From assembly GCA_963825055.1 (NCBI GenBank), contig CAWGSK010000007.1:128001-192000 (forward strand): 64,000 bases of DNA. Reading direction: 5' to 3'. Origin of the DNA: an uncultured Gemmatimonadales bacterium (GTDB lineage Bacteria > Gemmatimonadota > Gemmatimonadetes > Gemmatimonadales > GWC2-71-9). Made by a program: the position numbers and the translations under genes. The notes beneath the pieces are model-generated. The model saw only the letters and a list, made by a program, of their open reading frames with translations. It had not been told where the DNA came from and did no database searches. Of this stretch, positions 49,895 through 64,000 are shown piece after piece; position 1 is the first letter of the stretch, and each line of letters starts with the position of its first letter.

Positions 49895-51229
49895 ATGTTC
49901 GAGGAGCTTTCGACCAAACTCAACTCCGCGCTCCAGAAGCTCACGGGCCGGGGTGTACTGAGTGAAGAGGCTGTCACCGAAGGACTTCGGGAGATCCGCA
50001 GGATCCTCCTGGAGGCCGACGTCAGCTTCGATCTCACGCGCGAGTTCCTCGAACGGGTCAAGGCCAGGGCGGTAGGCCTCGAGACCATCAAGACGGTGAA
50101 GCCGGGCCAGCAGCTCGTCAAGATCGTGTACGAGGAGCTGGTCGCGCTGCTGGGCGAGAAACAGGCGCCCATCACGTACGCGACGGTCCCGCCGACGGTG
50201 ATCATGCTCGTGGGCCTCCAGGGCTCCGGCAAGACGACCACCGCGGGCAAGCTGGCGCGGCGTCTCAAGCAGGAGCAGAAGGCGCCGTTCATGATTGCGG
50301 CGGACGTCTATCGTCCCGCCGCGGTGGACCAGCTGGTGACGCTGGGTGAGCAGGTGCAGGTCGGCGTCCATGCCGAGCCGGGTGTCACGGACGTCGTCGG
50401 CATCGTGAAGCGCGGGATCGAGGCGGCGAAGAGCGCCCGGGCGCGCGCCGTGCTGGTCGACACTGCCGGCCGGCTGCAGATCGACGACGCCATGATGAAC
50501 GAGCTCAAGGCGCTCAAGGCGGCCGTGGGGCCGCACGAGATCCTGCTCGTGGCGGACGGGATGACCGGCCAGGACGCGGTGCGGATCGCGCAGGGCTTCC
50601 ATGAAGCCCTCGGCGTGACCGGCGTGATCCTGACCAAGATGGACGGCGACGCGCGCGGTGGCGCCGCGCTCTCCATCTACGGTGTCACCCACGCGCCAAT
50701 CAAGTACGTCGGCGTGGGCGAGCGGCTCGATGCGCTGGAGCCCTTCCATCCGGAGCGGATGGCCGGCCGGATCCTCCAGCAGGGCGACGTGCTCACGCTG
50801 GTGGAAAAAGCCGAGGCGGCGGTCGACAAGGCCGAAGCCGAGAAGCTGGCGAAGAAGGCCGGCAGCAAGAAAGGCCTGGATCTTCAGGACTTCCTGACGG
50901 CCATGCGCCAGATCCAGAAGATGGGCCCGCTCAAGAACGTGCTGGGCATGCTGCCGGGGGTGAACCCGTCCATGCTCCAGGCCGCCAACGTGGATGACGG
51001 CAAGATGCGCCACATCGAGGCGATCGTGCTCTCGATGACCCCGAAGGAACGGTCGAACCCGGACGTGATCAACGGGTCGCGCCGGATGCGGATCGCCAGC
51101 GGGTCGGGGCGGACGGTACAGGAAGTGAACCAGCTGCTGTCGCAGTTCAAGCAGATGAAGAAGTTCATGAAAGTGGCCGGCAAGCCCGGCATGAAGCTGC
51201 CGTTCGGGGGTCGAGGCCGGTTCGGCTGA
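49895..51229 (+). CDS. ffh: Signal recognition particle protein
   Basis: GLQGSGKTT, DTAGR, TKMDGDARGG, M domain. Confidence 0.97.
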   Translation: MFEELSTKLNSALQKLTGRGVLSEEAVTEGLREIRRILLEADVSFDLTREFLERVKARAVGLETIKTVKPGQQLVKIVYEELVALLGEKQAPITYATVPPTVIMLVGLQGSGKTTTAGKLARRLKQEQKAPFMIAADVYRPAAVDQLVTLGEQVQVGVHAEPGVTDVVGIVKRGIEAAKSARARAVLVDTAGRLQIDDAMMNELKALKAAVGPHEILLVADGMTGQDAVRIAQGFHEALGVTGVILTKMDGDARGGAALSIYGVTHAPIKYVGVGERLDALEPFHPERMAGRILQQGDVLTLVEKAEAAVDKAEAEKLAKKAGSKKGLDLQDFLTAMRQIQKMGPLKNVLGMLPGVNPSMLQAANVDDGKMRHIEAIVLSMTPKERSNPDVINGSRRMRIASGSGRTVQEVNQLLSQFKQMKKFMKVAGKPGMKLPFGGRGRFG

Positions 51230-51290
51230 GGTCACCGTCGGCCGGAAGGCGCCCGGGCGCGCCTGGCTCACACGGAAGCAGGAAGAGGAT

Positions 51291-51563
51291 ATGGCAACTC
51301 GGATTCGTCTACGTCGCGTCGGCCGCAAGGGCCTCTCCATGTACCGGATCGTCGTCGCGGAGAAGGAAGCCCCGCGCGATGGCCGTTTCGTGGATATCCT
51401 GGGCACCTACAATCCGCGCGCCGCGGACCAGGAGCAGGTCAAGGTGGACGCGGAGAAGGCCCGCGAGTGGATCGGCAAGGGCGCCACGCCGTCGCTGACG
51501 GTCGCGTCGCTGCTCCGCAAGGCGGGCGTCTTCAAGCAGACGCAGACGCCCGCCTCCGCCTGA
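51291..51563 (+). CDS. rpsP: 30S ribosomal protein S16
   Basis: RIRLRRVG, YRIVV, PRDGR, GTYNP. Confidence 0.97.
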   Translation: MATRIRLRRVGRKGLSMYRIVVAEKEAPRDGRFVDILGTYNPRAADQEQVKVDAEKAREWIGKGATPSLTVASLLRKAGVFKQTQTPASA

Positions 51564-51565
51564 TC

Positions 51566-52090
51566 ATGGCGGAGACCCGCCACCTGGTGGTGGGGCGCCT
51601 GCGTAAGCCGCACGGCCTGAAGGGTGATCTCGCGGTCTTTCCCCTGACGGACACTCCCGATCAGGTCTTCGCCCCCGGAGCGACGCTCCACCGGGCGGAC
51701 CTCGAGGGGAATGTCCTGGGCGAGCCGCTCACGATCGAGCGGAGCCGGGGCTACCACCGCGAGTGGCTGGTGAAGTTCGAGGGGCTGGACACCCGTGAGC
51801 CCACGGAAGGGTGGCGGGGGCAGTTCCTGGTGGCGCCCGCGGAGGTGCTGGTGCCGCCCGACGAAGACGAGGTCTACCTGCACGAGCTGGTCGGGTTTGC
51901 CGTGCGGGACGAGGACGGCAGCGCGCTGGGGCTGGTGAGTGACGTCCTGGAGATGCCGTCCGGTCTGATGATCGAGGTACAGGGCCCGAAGCGCGAATTC
52001 CTGCTGCCGTACCGGCGGGAGTTCATCCGGGAGGTGGACCGCGAGGCCCGCCGGCTCGAGGTGACGGTTCCCGAGGGCCTGATCGACTGA
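51566..52090 (+). CDS. rimM: Ribosome maturation factor RimM
   Basis: KPHGLKG, YLHELVG, PEGLID; synteny. Confidence 0.93.
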   Translation: MAETRHLVVGRLRKPHGLKGDLAVFPLTDTPDQVFAPGATLHRADLEGNVLGEPLTIERSRGYHREWLVKFEGLDTREPTEGWRGQFLVAPAEVLVPPDEDEVYLHELVGFAVRDEDGSALGLVSDVLEMPSGLMIEVQGPKREFLLPYRREFIREVDREARRLEVTVPEGLID

Positions 52091-52093
52091 GCC

Positions 52094-52786
52094 ATGCTCG
52101 CGATCAACGTGGTGACGCTTTTTCCGGAGGTGCTGGAGCCTTTTCTCTCGGCCAGCATCCCCGGCCGGGCCCGGGAAGCGGGGCTCGCCGCCTACCGCCT
52201 GGTCCAGCTGCGCGACTTCGCGCACGACCGGCACCAGACGGTGGACGATGCCCCCTACGGGGGCGGCGCCGGCATGGTCCTGAAGCCGGAGCCGATGGTC
52301 GAGGCCGTGGAGTCGCTCATGCCCGCGGGGCCGGTGATCGTGCTCTCGGCGCGGGGGAAGCGCTTCGGCCATGACGACGCGGTCCGCTGCTCGCTGGAAC
52401 GGGAGCTGACCTTCGTCTGCGGGCACTACAAGGACATCGACCAGCGGGTGGTCGAGGTCCTGGGCGCGGAGGAGTGGTCCATCGGTGACCTGGTCCTCTC
52501 CGGTGGCGAGGCGGCGGCGCTCTGCATGATCGACGCGATCGTGCGGCTCCTGCCCGGCGCCATTGGAGACCACGAGTCGGCCAGCGGCGATTCGCATTAC
52601 GACGGGCTCCTGAGCCCGCCGAGCTACACGAGGCCCGCCGAGTTTCGCGGGCGGACCGTGCCCGAGGTCCTGCTGTCGGGCAACCATGCCGCCATCGAGG
52701 CATGGCGGCAGGCGGAGGCGGAACGACTGACGCGTGAGCGGCGGCCCGACCTCTGGAAACAGCACGAGCAGGCCCGGGACGCGTAA
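52094..52786 (+). CDS. trmD: tRNA (guanine-N1)-methyltransferase
   Basis: VDDAPYGGGAGM, CGHY, SIGDLVLSGGE, YTRP. Confidence 0.96.
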   Translation: MLAINVVTLFPEVLEPFLSASIPGRAREAGLAAYRLVQLRDFAHDRHQTVDDAPYGGGAGMVLKPEPMVEAVESLMPAGPVIVLSARGKRFGHDDAVRCSLERELTFVCGHYKDIDQRVVEVLGAEEWSIGDLVLSGGEAAALCMIDAIVRLLPGAIGDHESASGDSHYDGLLSPPSYTRPAEFRGRTVPEVLLSGNHAAIEAWRQAEAERLTRERRPDLWKQHEQARDA

Positions 52787-52852
52787 CGCGTCCGGCCCAT
52801 GGCGCGTACGGCGGTACGCAATGCACGCGCACGACGCGCGGAGGATGAACCA

Positions 52853-53200
52853 ATGCAACGAGTGGCTGAGCTGAATCTGGAGAACCTGCGGACGGACCAC
52901 CCTGACTTCAATCCGGGCGACACGGTCCGCGTCAAGGTTCGCGTGCGCGAGGGTGACAAGGAGCGCCTGCAGGCGTTCGAGGGCACCTGCATCGCCAAGC
53001 GGGGCGGCGGGATCAGCGAGTCGTTCACGGTCCGGAAGATCAGCGCCGGCGTCGGCGTCGAGCGAATCTTCCCCCTGCACAGCCCGTCGATCGCCACCAT
53101 CGAGGTGGTCCGCAAGGGCCGCGTCCGCCGCGCCAAGCTGTACTACCTGCGGGCCGTGAGCGGCAAGAAGGCCAGGATCCGGGAGAAAAGGGACCGCTAG
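52853..53200 (+). CDS. rplS: 50S ribosomal protein L19
   Basis: [25 protein letters not shown]. Confidence 0.97.
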   Translation: MQRVAELNLENLRTDHPDFNPGDTVRVKVRVREGDKERLQAFEGTCIAKRGGGISESFTVRKISAGVGVERIFPLHSPSIATIEVVRKGRVRRAKLYYLRAVSGKKARIREKRDR

Positions 53201-53202
53201 TC

Positions 53203-53868
53203 ATGGCCCGCCGGCCGACCCTCGCGCGCGAGACGGCGGTTTGGGCCGAGTCCCGGTTGTTGGTTGGTGTGGATGAAGCAGGCCGCGGCCCCCTGGCAGG
53301 TCCAGTGGTGGCCGCGGCCGTCTGCTTTCCCCCGAAGTTCACCCGCCTGAACGGCCTCCGCGACAGCAAGGTGCTGCCGGAGAAACGCCGCCGCATCCTG
53401 GCCCGCCGCGTCCGCGAACGGGCGCTCTATCTCGGCATCGGCGCGGCATCCTGCCGCGAAATCGACCGGCTGAACATCCGGGTCGCCACCGCGCTGGCGA
53501 TGCGCCGGGCGATCCGCGGCGTCTGCCGCATGGCGGGCGGGACCACGTGCCGCGTCCCCACGCCGCCCCTCCCGGGTGAATTCCTGGTGCTCGTCGATGG
53601 CCTGCCGATGCGGGAGATCGGCTATCCGCACGAGGCCCTGGTGGACGGGGATGCGCTCTGCGACTCGATCGCGGCGGCCGCCGTCATCGCCAAGACGGTC
53701 CGCGACACCCTGATGCGCCGCCTGGCCGCGCGGTATCCCAACTACGGCTGGGAGACCAACGTCGGCTATGGCACCCCGGAACACTGTGCCGCTCTCGGCG
53801 AGTGGGGCCCGACCTGCCACCACCGCCACAGCTTCGAACCCATCGCCCAGCTGGCGCTCCCGCTATAG
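53203..53868 (+). CDS. rnhB: Ribonuclease HII
   Basis: GVDEAGRGPLAGPV, DSK, VDG, GYGT. Confidence 0.95.
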   Translation: MARRPTLARETAVWAESRLLVGVDEAGRGPLAGPVVAAAVCFPPKFTRLNGLRDSKVLPEKRRRILARRVRERALYLGIGAASCREIDRLNIRVATALAMRRAIRGVCRMAGGTTCRVPTPPLPGEFLVLVDGLPMREIGYPHEALVDGDALCDSIAAAAVIAKTVRDTLMRRLAARYPNYGWETNVGYGTPEHCAALGEWGPTCHHRHSFEPIAQLALPL

Positions 53869-53882
53869 TTCATGCAACAGCC

Positions 53883-53960
53883 TTACCACAGAGAGCACAA
53901 AGGACACAAAGAAAAAGTAAAAACTGTACTTAGTCTGTTCTTCGTGCCCTTTGTGGTGAA
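53883..53960. repeat. Inverted pair of nonamer arrays (NNCACRRAG) around an AT-rich spacer
   Basis: accacagag agcacaaag gacacaaag ... cttcgtgcc ctttgtggt gaa. Confidence 0.8.
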
Positions 53961-54002
53961 AGCCATGACTTTCACCCGGACCGATCCTCCAACCCGAGCC
54001 AC

Positions 54003-56438
54003 GTGATGCCCCGCGCCATCCGCTTTCTCGTCGCCCTCTCGCTCCTCGCCTCCACCGCCGCCGCGCAGACCAACGCGGAGCGCATGCTGAATGACCGCTA
54101 CACCCGGTCGCACGACTACGACCTGGTCCACCAGCGGATCGAGCTCGCCGACTTCAACTGGGACTCGACCTCCTTCACCGGGAAGGTCACGACCACCCTC
54201 GTGGCGCTCCGGCCGGGCTTCGACTCCGTCGTCATGGATGCCGGGCAGAAGCTCGTCATCCGGAACGTTGAGATGAACGGGGCGAAGCTCGCCACGGGGC
54301 GTCACGGTGACACGCTGGTGGTGAAGCTCCCGAAGGCCATCGGGTTCGGCGATTCCGTGACCTTCAGTGTCGCCTATGACGGGAAGGTCGAGAACGGCCG
54401 GGGACTGACCTTTATCGACGCCGAGAAGGGGAGGGCGCACCGGCCAAGGCAGATCTGGAGCCAGGGCGAGGATGACAACAACCACTACTGGTTCCCGACC
54501 TACGACTTCCCGAACGACAAGATGTCGTGGGACATGGTCGTGACGGTCCCGAAGGGGTTCACCGCGGTCTCCAACGGTACCCTCGAGTCGGACGAGACCG
54601 GGGCCCGCGGCCGCACCATGCACTGGCACCAGGCGAAGCCGAGCACCACGTACCTTGTCTCGCTCATCGTGGCGCCGCTGGTGAAGGTGTCCGATACATG
54701 GCGGAACACCCCGGTCGACTACTACGTCTACCCCGAGGACAGCACGCTGGCGCCGCGCCTCTTCAACGTGACGCCGGACATGATCGAGGTCTACTCGCAG
54801 CTCACCGGGGTGGACTATCCCTGGGCCAAGTACGCCCAGACCACCGTGGCCGACTTCTTCGGCGGCATGGAGAACGTCAGCGCCACCACGCTGGTGGACT
54901 GGCTGCCGGACAACATGGCCTACCAGGACCGCCCGTGGTTCCAGTACATCCTGATCCCGCACGAGCTCGCCCACCAGTGGTTCGGCGACTACATGACCAC
55001 CGAGAACTGGGCCAACATGTGGCTGAATGAGGGCTTCGCCGAGTTCCTGCCCGGGCAGTACTGGGCGACGAAGCTCGGCCGGCACGCGGAAGAGGATTAC
55101 TACGCCGACGAGTACCGGCAGTTCATGAACATCGACCGCCGCCGCCGGATGCCGCTCGCCAGCAGCGGGTCGAACAACATCTACCCCAAGGGCGCCCTCG
55201 TCCTGGAGATGCTCAAGCACCAGCTGGGCGAGAAGCCCTTCTGGGCCAGCATTCACTACTTCCTCGAGCGGCATGCGTACGACAATGCCGTCACCGACGA
55301 CCTCCGCCAGGCCGTGCTCGAGACCACCGGCCAGAACCTCGACTGGTTCTGGGACCAGTGGATGTACCAGGCGGGGTATCCCGAATTCAAGGTCACCGCG
55401 TCGTATGACACCGCCGGGAAGGCGCTCACGCTCGCGGTGAGCCAGGTGCAGGTGGACAGCTCGAAGGCGGATTCCACCGGCCTCCGCTACACCACGCCCT
55501 CGATCTTCCGGATGCCGGTGACGGTGAAGGTGGGGACGTCGAACGGCGAGGTGACCCGCCGGTTCCAGCTCGACCAGCGTGAGCAGACCCTGCTGATCGA
55601 CAGCCTCCCCGGCGCGCCGACGATGGTCATCTTCGACGATGACAACACGATTCTCAAGACACTCGACTTCCAGCAGCCGACCGCGTGGCTCGTCACCCAG
55701 CTCGCGCAGGACCCGGACCTCTGGAACCGGCAGTGGGTGATCGGCGAGCTGGCCGACCGGACCGACGATGCCGCCGCCCGTGAGGCGCTGTCGAGGGCGG
55801 CCACGTCGGCCGATTACTACCTCACCCGGGCCCAGGCTGTAGATGCCCTGACCGCGTTCGACGCCGCCGGGCTTCCCGCCATCGAGAGGGCGCTGTCCGA
55901 CACCTCCGCGCAGGTCCGGGAAGCGGCGGCAGGAGCGCTGGGGCAGGTCGGGGGCGACCAGGCCATCCGCCTGGCCCACCGGGCCTTCGAGCAGGACAGC
56001 AGCTACGCCGTGAAAGCCGCGGCCCTGGGCGCCATCAGCCGGATCGACTCAACCGGCCGCCACGACGCGATGGGGAAGGGGCTCGTGATGAAGAGCTATC
56101 GCGATGTCATCCAGCAGGCGGCGCTCGGCGGGATCTTCCGGACGGGAGACAGCACCTTCGTCCCGCAGCTCGAGACCCTCATGCCCGAGCAGAACGCGGC
56201 ATCGCTGGTGCTCGCGGGCCTTGCGTCCAAGGGGAGCAGCGCTGCCCGCGGGGTCCTGGCGCAGCACCTGAACGACGGGCGCCGCTGGGTGCGCCAGTGG
56301 GTGGTCCAGGCCGTACCGCGGATGATGAAGCCCGACCAGGCGAAGGCGTTCTTCCAGGAGAACCGGAAGAAGCTGAAGTTTGATGACACGAGAACGGCAG
56401 TTGATGCTGCGATGGAAAGACTGAACAAGACCGAATAG
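54003..56438 (+). CDS. M1 family aminopeptidase with C-terminal HEAT-like repeats, exported
   Basis: GGMEN, HELAHQW followed by NEG, YPKG; signal peptide. Confidence 0.93.
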   Translation: MMPRAIRFLVALSLLASTAAAQTNAERMLNDRYTRSHDYDLVHQRIELADFNWDSTSFTGKVTTTLVALRPGFDSVVMDAGQKLVIRNVEMNGAKLATGRHGDTLVVKLPKAIGFGDSVTFSVAYDGKVENGRGLTFIDAEKGRAHRPRQIWSQGEDDNNHYWFPTYDFPNDKMSWDMVVTVPKGFTAVSNGTLESDETGARGRTMHWHQAKPSTTYLVSLIVAPLVKVSDTWRNTPVDYYVYPEDSTLAPRLFNVTPDMIEVYSQLTGVDYPWAKYAQTTVADFFGGMENVSATTLVDWLPDNMAYQDRPWFQYILIPHELAHQWFGDYMTTENWANMWLNEGFAEFLPGQYWATKLGRHAEEDYYADEYRQFMNIDRRRRMPLASSGSNNIYPKGALVLEMLKHQLGEKPFWASIHYFLERHAYDNAVTDDLRQAVLETTGQNLDWFWDQWMYQAGYPEFKVTASYDTAGKALTLAVSQVQVDSSKADSTGLRYTTPSIFRMPVTVKVGTSNGEVTRRFQLDQREQTLLIDSLPGAPTMVIFDDDNTILKTLDFQQPTAWLVTQLAQDPDLWNRQWVIGELADRTDDAAAREALSRAATSADYYLTRAQAVDALTAFDAAGLPAIERALSDTSAQVREAAAGALGQVGGDQAIRLAHRAFEQDSSYAVKAAALGAISRIDSTGRHDAMGKGLVMKSYRDVIQQAALGGIFRTGDSTFVPQLETLMPEQNAASLVLAGLASKGSSAARGVLAQHLNDGRRWVRQWVVQAVPRMMKPDQAKAFFQENRKKLKFDDTRTAVDAAMERLNKTE

Positions 56439-56445
56439 AAACGGC

Positions 56446-56534
56446 GTGAACGGTAAGCGGTTAGCGGTAAGCGGTGAGCGGGGTCGCAATTCGCGTCTTG
56501 TTCCCGCATTCACTGCTCACCGCTCACTGCTCAC
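56446..56534. repeat. Inverted pair of GTRAGCG heptamer arrays (5 units, 26-bp spacer, 4 units)
   Basis: gtgaacg gtaagcg gttagcg gtaagcg gtgagcg ... cattcac tgctcac cgctcac tgctcac. Confidence 0.92.
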
Positions 56535-56545
56535 GCAGTTCTCCC

Positions 56546-57436
56546 CTATCTCCCGTTTACGCGTACCGTCCCATCCCCCGTCCGGATCCGGATCGTGGGG
56601 CCGCCGCCGTTCAGGTCGCCCTGTACTGCGTGGTTGCGGACCTCGCCCCTGATCTCGAGCCCGCGGATGTTCAGATCCTCACCCCGGAGGTCCAGGGTGG
56701 CGGCGATGGTGCTGGGCATGTCCAGGCTGACGTCGCCGTCCCCCGTCTGGAGGCTCACCCGGGCCGCTTTCGTAATGGAGAGGCGGAGGTCGCCGTCGCC
56801 GGTCTGGGCCTCGAGGTCGCCCGTCACCTCATCCACGTGGACATCGCCGTCGCCCGTTCCGATGCGGGCCTCGCTGGCCGAGATGGAGCGGACCTCGATG
56901 TCGCCATCACCCGTGCGCAGCCGGACCGGTCCGCCCGTGAGGCGCCCCGCGGCGATATCTCCGTCGCCCGTGCTCACCGCGATGTTGCCCTGCTGGTCGC
57001 CCATCCGGACGTCGCCGTCACCCGTGGAGATGTCCAGGTCTAGCTCCGCCGGAACGCCGATCGAGACGGTCACGTTCATACCGCGCCCGTCGTGCCACCC
57101 CCAGCGGTTGTCCCGATGCTTCGGGGTAGACACCCGGATCCCGCGGCCCACCTGCTCGACGGTAAGCTCCATGTCCCGGTAGCGATCCCGGGCCCAGTCC
57201 ATGTCGTCGGGCCGGGACGAGATGACCACCTTCACGGCCCCGGCCGGGAGGCTCCGGTCCAGGTCGATATCGGCGTCGGAGACATCGACGGTCAGGGTGG
57301 ATCCGCCGGCCAGCGTCATCTTCTGGTCGAGGACGGTGGCCCGGGCCCATTGCTGGGCCGGGAGCAGGGCGGGGGTCGCGGACAGGGCGGTCAGGACGGT
57401 CAGGGCGGTCAGGGCGGTCAGGCGTCGGACGGACAT
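56546..57436 (-). CDS. DUF4097-like beta-strand repeat exported protein
   Basis: Repeated TGDGD motifs, GDLNGGGP; signal peptide; AGGAG RBS. Confidence 0.88.
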   Translation of the reverse strand: MSVRRLTALTALTVLTALSATPALLPAQQWARATVLDQKMTLAGGSTLTVDVSDADIDLDRSLPAGAVKVVISSRPDDMDWARDRYRDMELTVEQVGRGIRVSTPKHRDNRWGWHDGRGMNVTVSIGVPAELDLDISTGDGDVRMGDQQGNIAVSTGDGDIAAGRLTGGPVRLRTGDGDIEVRSISASEARIGTGDGDVHVDEVTGDLEAQTGDGDLRLSITKAARVSLQTGDGDVSLDMPSTIAATLDLRGEDLNIRGLEIRGEVRNHAVQGDLNGGGPTIRIRTGDGTVRVNGR

Positions 57437-57541
57437 GGCCTTCTCCTGGTGCGTTGGGGTTTCTCCCTTGGATGGGGTGGGGGTGGAAAAGGTTGACGTC
57501 CCCTTGAATCTGGCCCCGGGAAGGGCGACCTTGTTCCGCCG

Positions 57542-57614
<73 letters not shown>

Positions 57615-57630
57615 TCGTAGCCAAGCACTT

Positions 57631-62760
<5,130 letters not shown>

Positions 62761-62879
62761 CGCGCCTAACCGGTGACTTGGCCTGATCTAAAGGCGACAA
62801 GGAGAAAGAAACTGAGCGTGACAACAGAGACACCTATCACAGTTTGAGGGCAGAACATGACCACCTGTAGGAGAAAGAG

Positions 62880-63226
62880 ATGACCGCTACCCTCGAATAG
62901 GCCTCGGCCTGACCGAAGCCATCGAACGCGGAGTGGAAAAAGCCGTGGCCGCCAGTGGACGCGCCTCCTCGTGCTGGACGCCGGAGCGCTTCTGGTCGTG
63001 CCCACCCACCGTCAGGCTCTCGGCGGATGAGCTCGCCTCGGCGCTGGGCTGCTCGACGCGCACCGTCTACCGCTTCGTGACGGAGAAGGGGATGCCAGCC
63101 CGACGACGAGAGGACGTCTACGTGTTCATCGACGGGAGACGTCCGGTCGTGGCTGGAAGAGCGAGAAACCGTCATCAACGGCGTCAAGCGATTCCGGGGG
63201 AGGGGCGATGCCTAAGTTCGACCTGA
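62880..63226 (+). CDS. Phage/ICE-type HTH protein (excisionase- or terminase-small-subunit-like); boundaries corrupted
   Basis: LSADELASALGCSTRTVYRFVTEKGMPARR; RBS and ATG at 62880 interrupted by errors. Confidence 0.55.
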
Positions 63227-63527
63227 ATGAAGTTGCCGAACGTGCTGACGCCGCGGACAACTGAGCGCGTACTGGAAGACATGGCGGAAGAGAGCGGGCT
63301 TCGCGCCGCGGTGCGTGGACGGCTATGCACAGCTTGACCTACACGCGGAAATCTACGCCGTGAGAGAACCTCGCCGCGGAGATCCAGAACGGAACGCCCC
63401 GACTGGTCGTCACTCGCGGTGTCTTGATGAGGCCGAGGCCCATTTACTCCCGGACCGTAGCGATGAGTTGCTGAGCCGACCGAAGGCCATCCGGACGACA
63501 TTGGCTCGATGGGGGAACGGCGAGTGA
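63208..63527 (+). CDS. Hypothetical protein, frameshifted
   Basis: GGAGGG RBS plus MPKFDLNEVAERAD; plausible protein continues in another frame to TGA 63527. Confidence 0.35.
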
Positions 63528-63703
63528 AGGACTGGCCAGAAGAGTGAATGCAGACACAATGTGTGCTCGCCCCGGAAGTACATCGAGATAGGATAGTTCT
63601 GTCACGCTAGACGGCCGGTAAAGCGACCCCGGTTGAACAGCTGACCGGGCTCGGCAGCGTCGCGGCTGGCCGAGCCACCCTCTCCCTCTCGATGGAGTAC
63701 ACG

Positions 63704-64000
63704 ATGGCGAAGTCCGCACTCACGCTGGAGGCCGAACTCGGTCAACTCCAGTCGAAGCTCTATCCCCTCTACGCGGCAGCAGGAAGAGGCCAACGCGATC
63801 GGCCACGACCTACGCCTGCGCCCAACGGTCGGCGACCGGGTCGGCGCTCACGGCCATCATCCTTGAACGAGAGAAGGCCGACGCCGAAGTCCTCCGGCTC
63901 ACCAAGGAGATCGAGCCGCTCAAGGACCGGGCCGAGGAGATCACCCGGACCCTCGCGGCGGAGCGCCGGGCCGTCCAACTGAAGGTGATGCACGAGCACG
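63704..64000 (+). CDS. Hypothetical coiled-coil protein, frameshifted, runs off window
   Basis: GGAG RBS plus MAKSALTLEAELGQLQ; second frame NEREKADAEVLRLTKEIEPLKDRAEEITRTL. Confidence 0.45.

Noticed and set aside
53883..55979. Long antisense ORFs (also 8505-10295, 16990-18714, 49436-51406 and others)
   Set aside because: Shadow frames of real high-GC genes with no recognisable motifs
24721..56536. Tandem arrays as CRISPR repeats
   Set aside because: Units are 7-9 nt with no unique spacers and no cas genes

Overview
High-GC bacterial chromosomal segment. Gene content and protein style suggest Gemmatimonadota (inference, not tested). Bases 1-57.6k are mostly core genes: apbE-like, engB-clpX-clpP-tig, tRNA-Leu, hutUI, degP, dnaK, deoC-ALDH, a full phosphate block (arsR-phoB-phoR-STAS-like-porin-pstSCAB-pstB-phoU-ppx), a divergent nucleotide-salvage operon, thiD, pilD, ffh-rpsP-rimM-trmD-rplS-rnhB, an M1 aminopeptidase and tRNA-Lys. 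Right after tRNA-Lys the sequence collapses into about 5 kb of A/G-rich low-complexity sequence (most likely a long-read base-calling artefact) and then resumes as error-rich phage/integrative-element-like genes. Homopolymer frameshifts in clpX and apbE also point to imperfect sequence quality. The most striking unexplained structure is a family of short-period (7-9 nt) tandem arrays at gene ends, often paired in inverted orientation. One pair encloses a four-helix-bundle (IVS/Avd-like) gene, others are empty, and six neighbouring genes have their stop codon inside an array. There are also four 11-bp-periodic PHO-box-like arrays.
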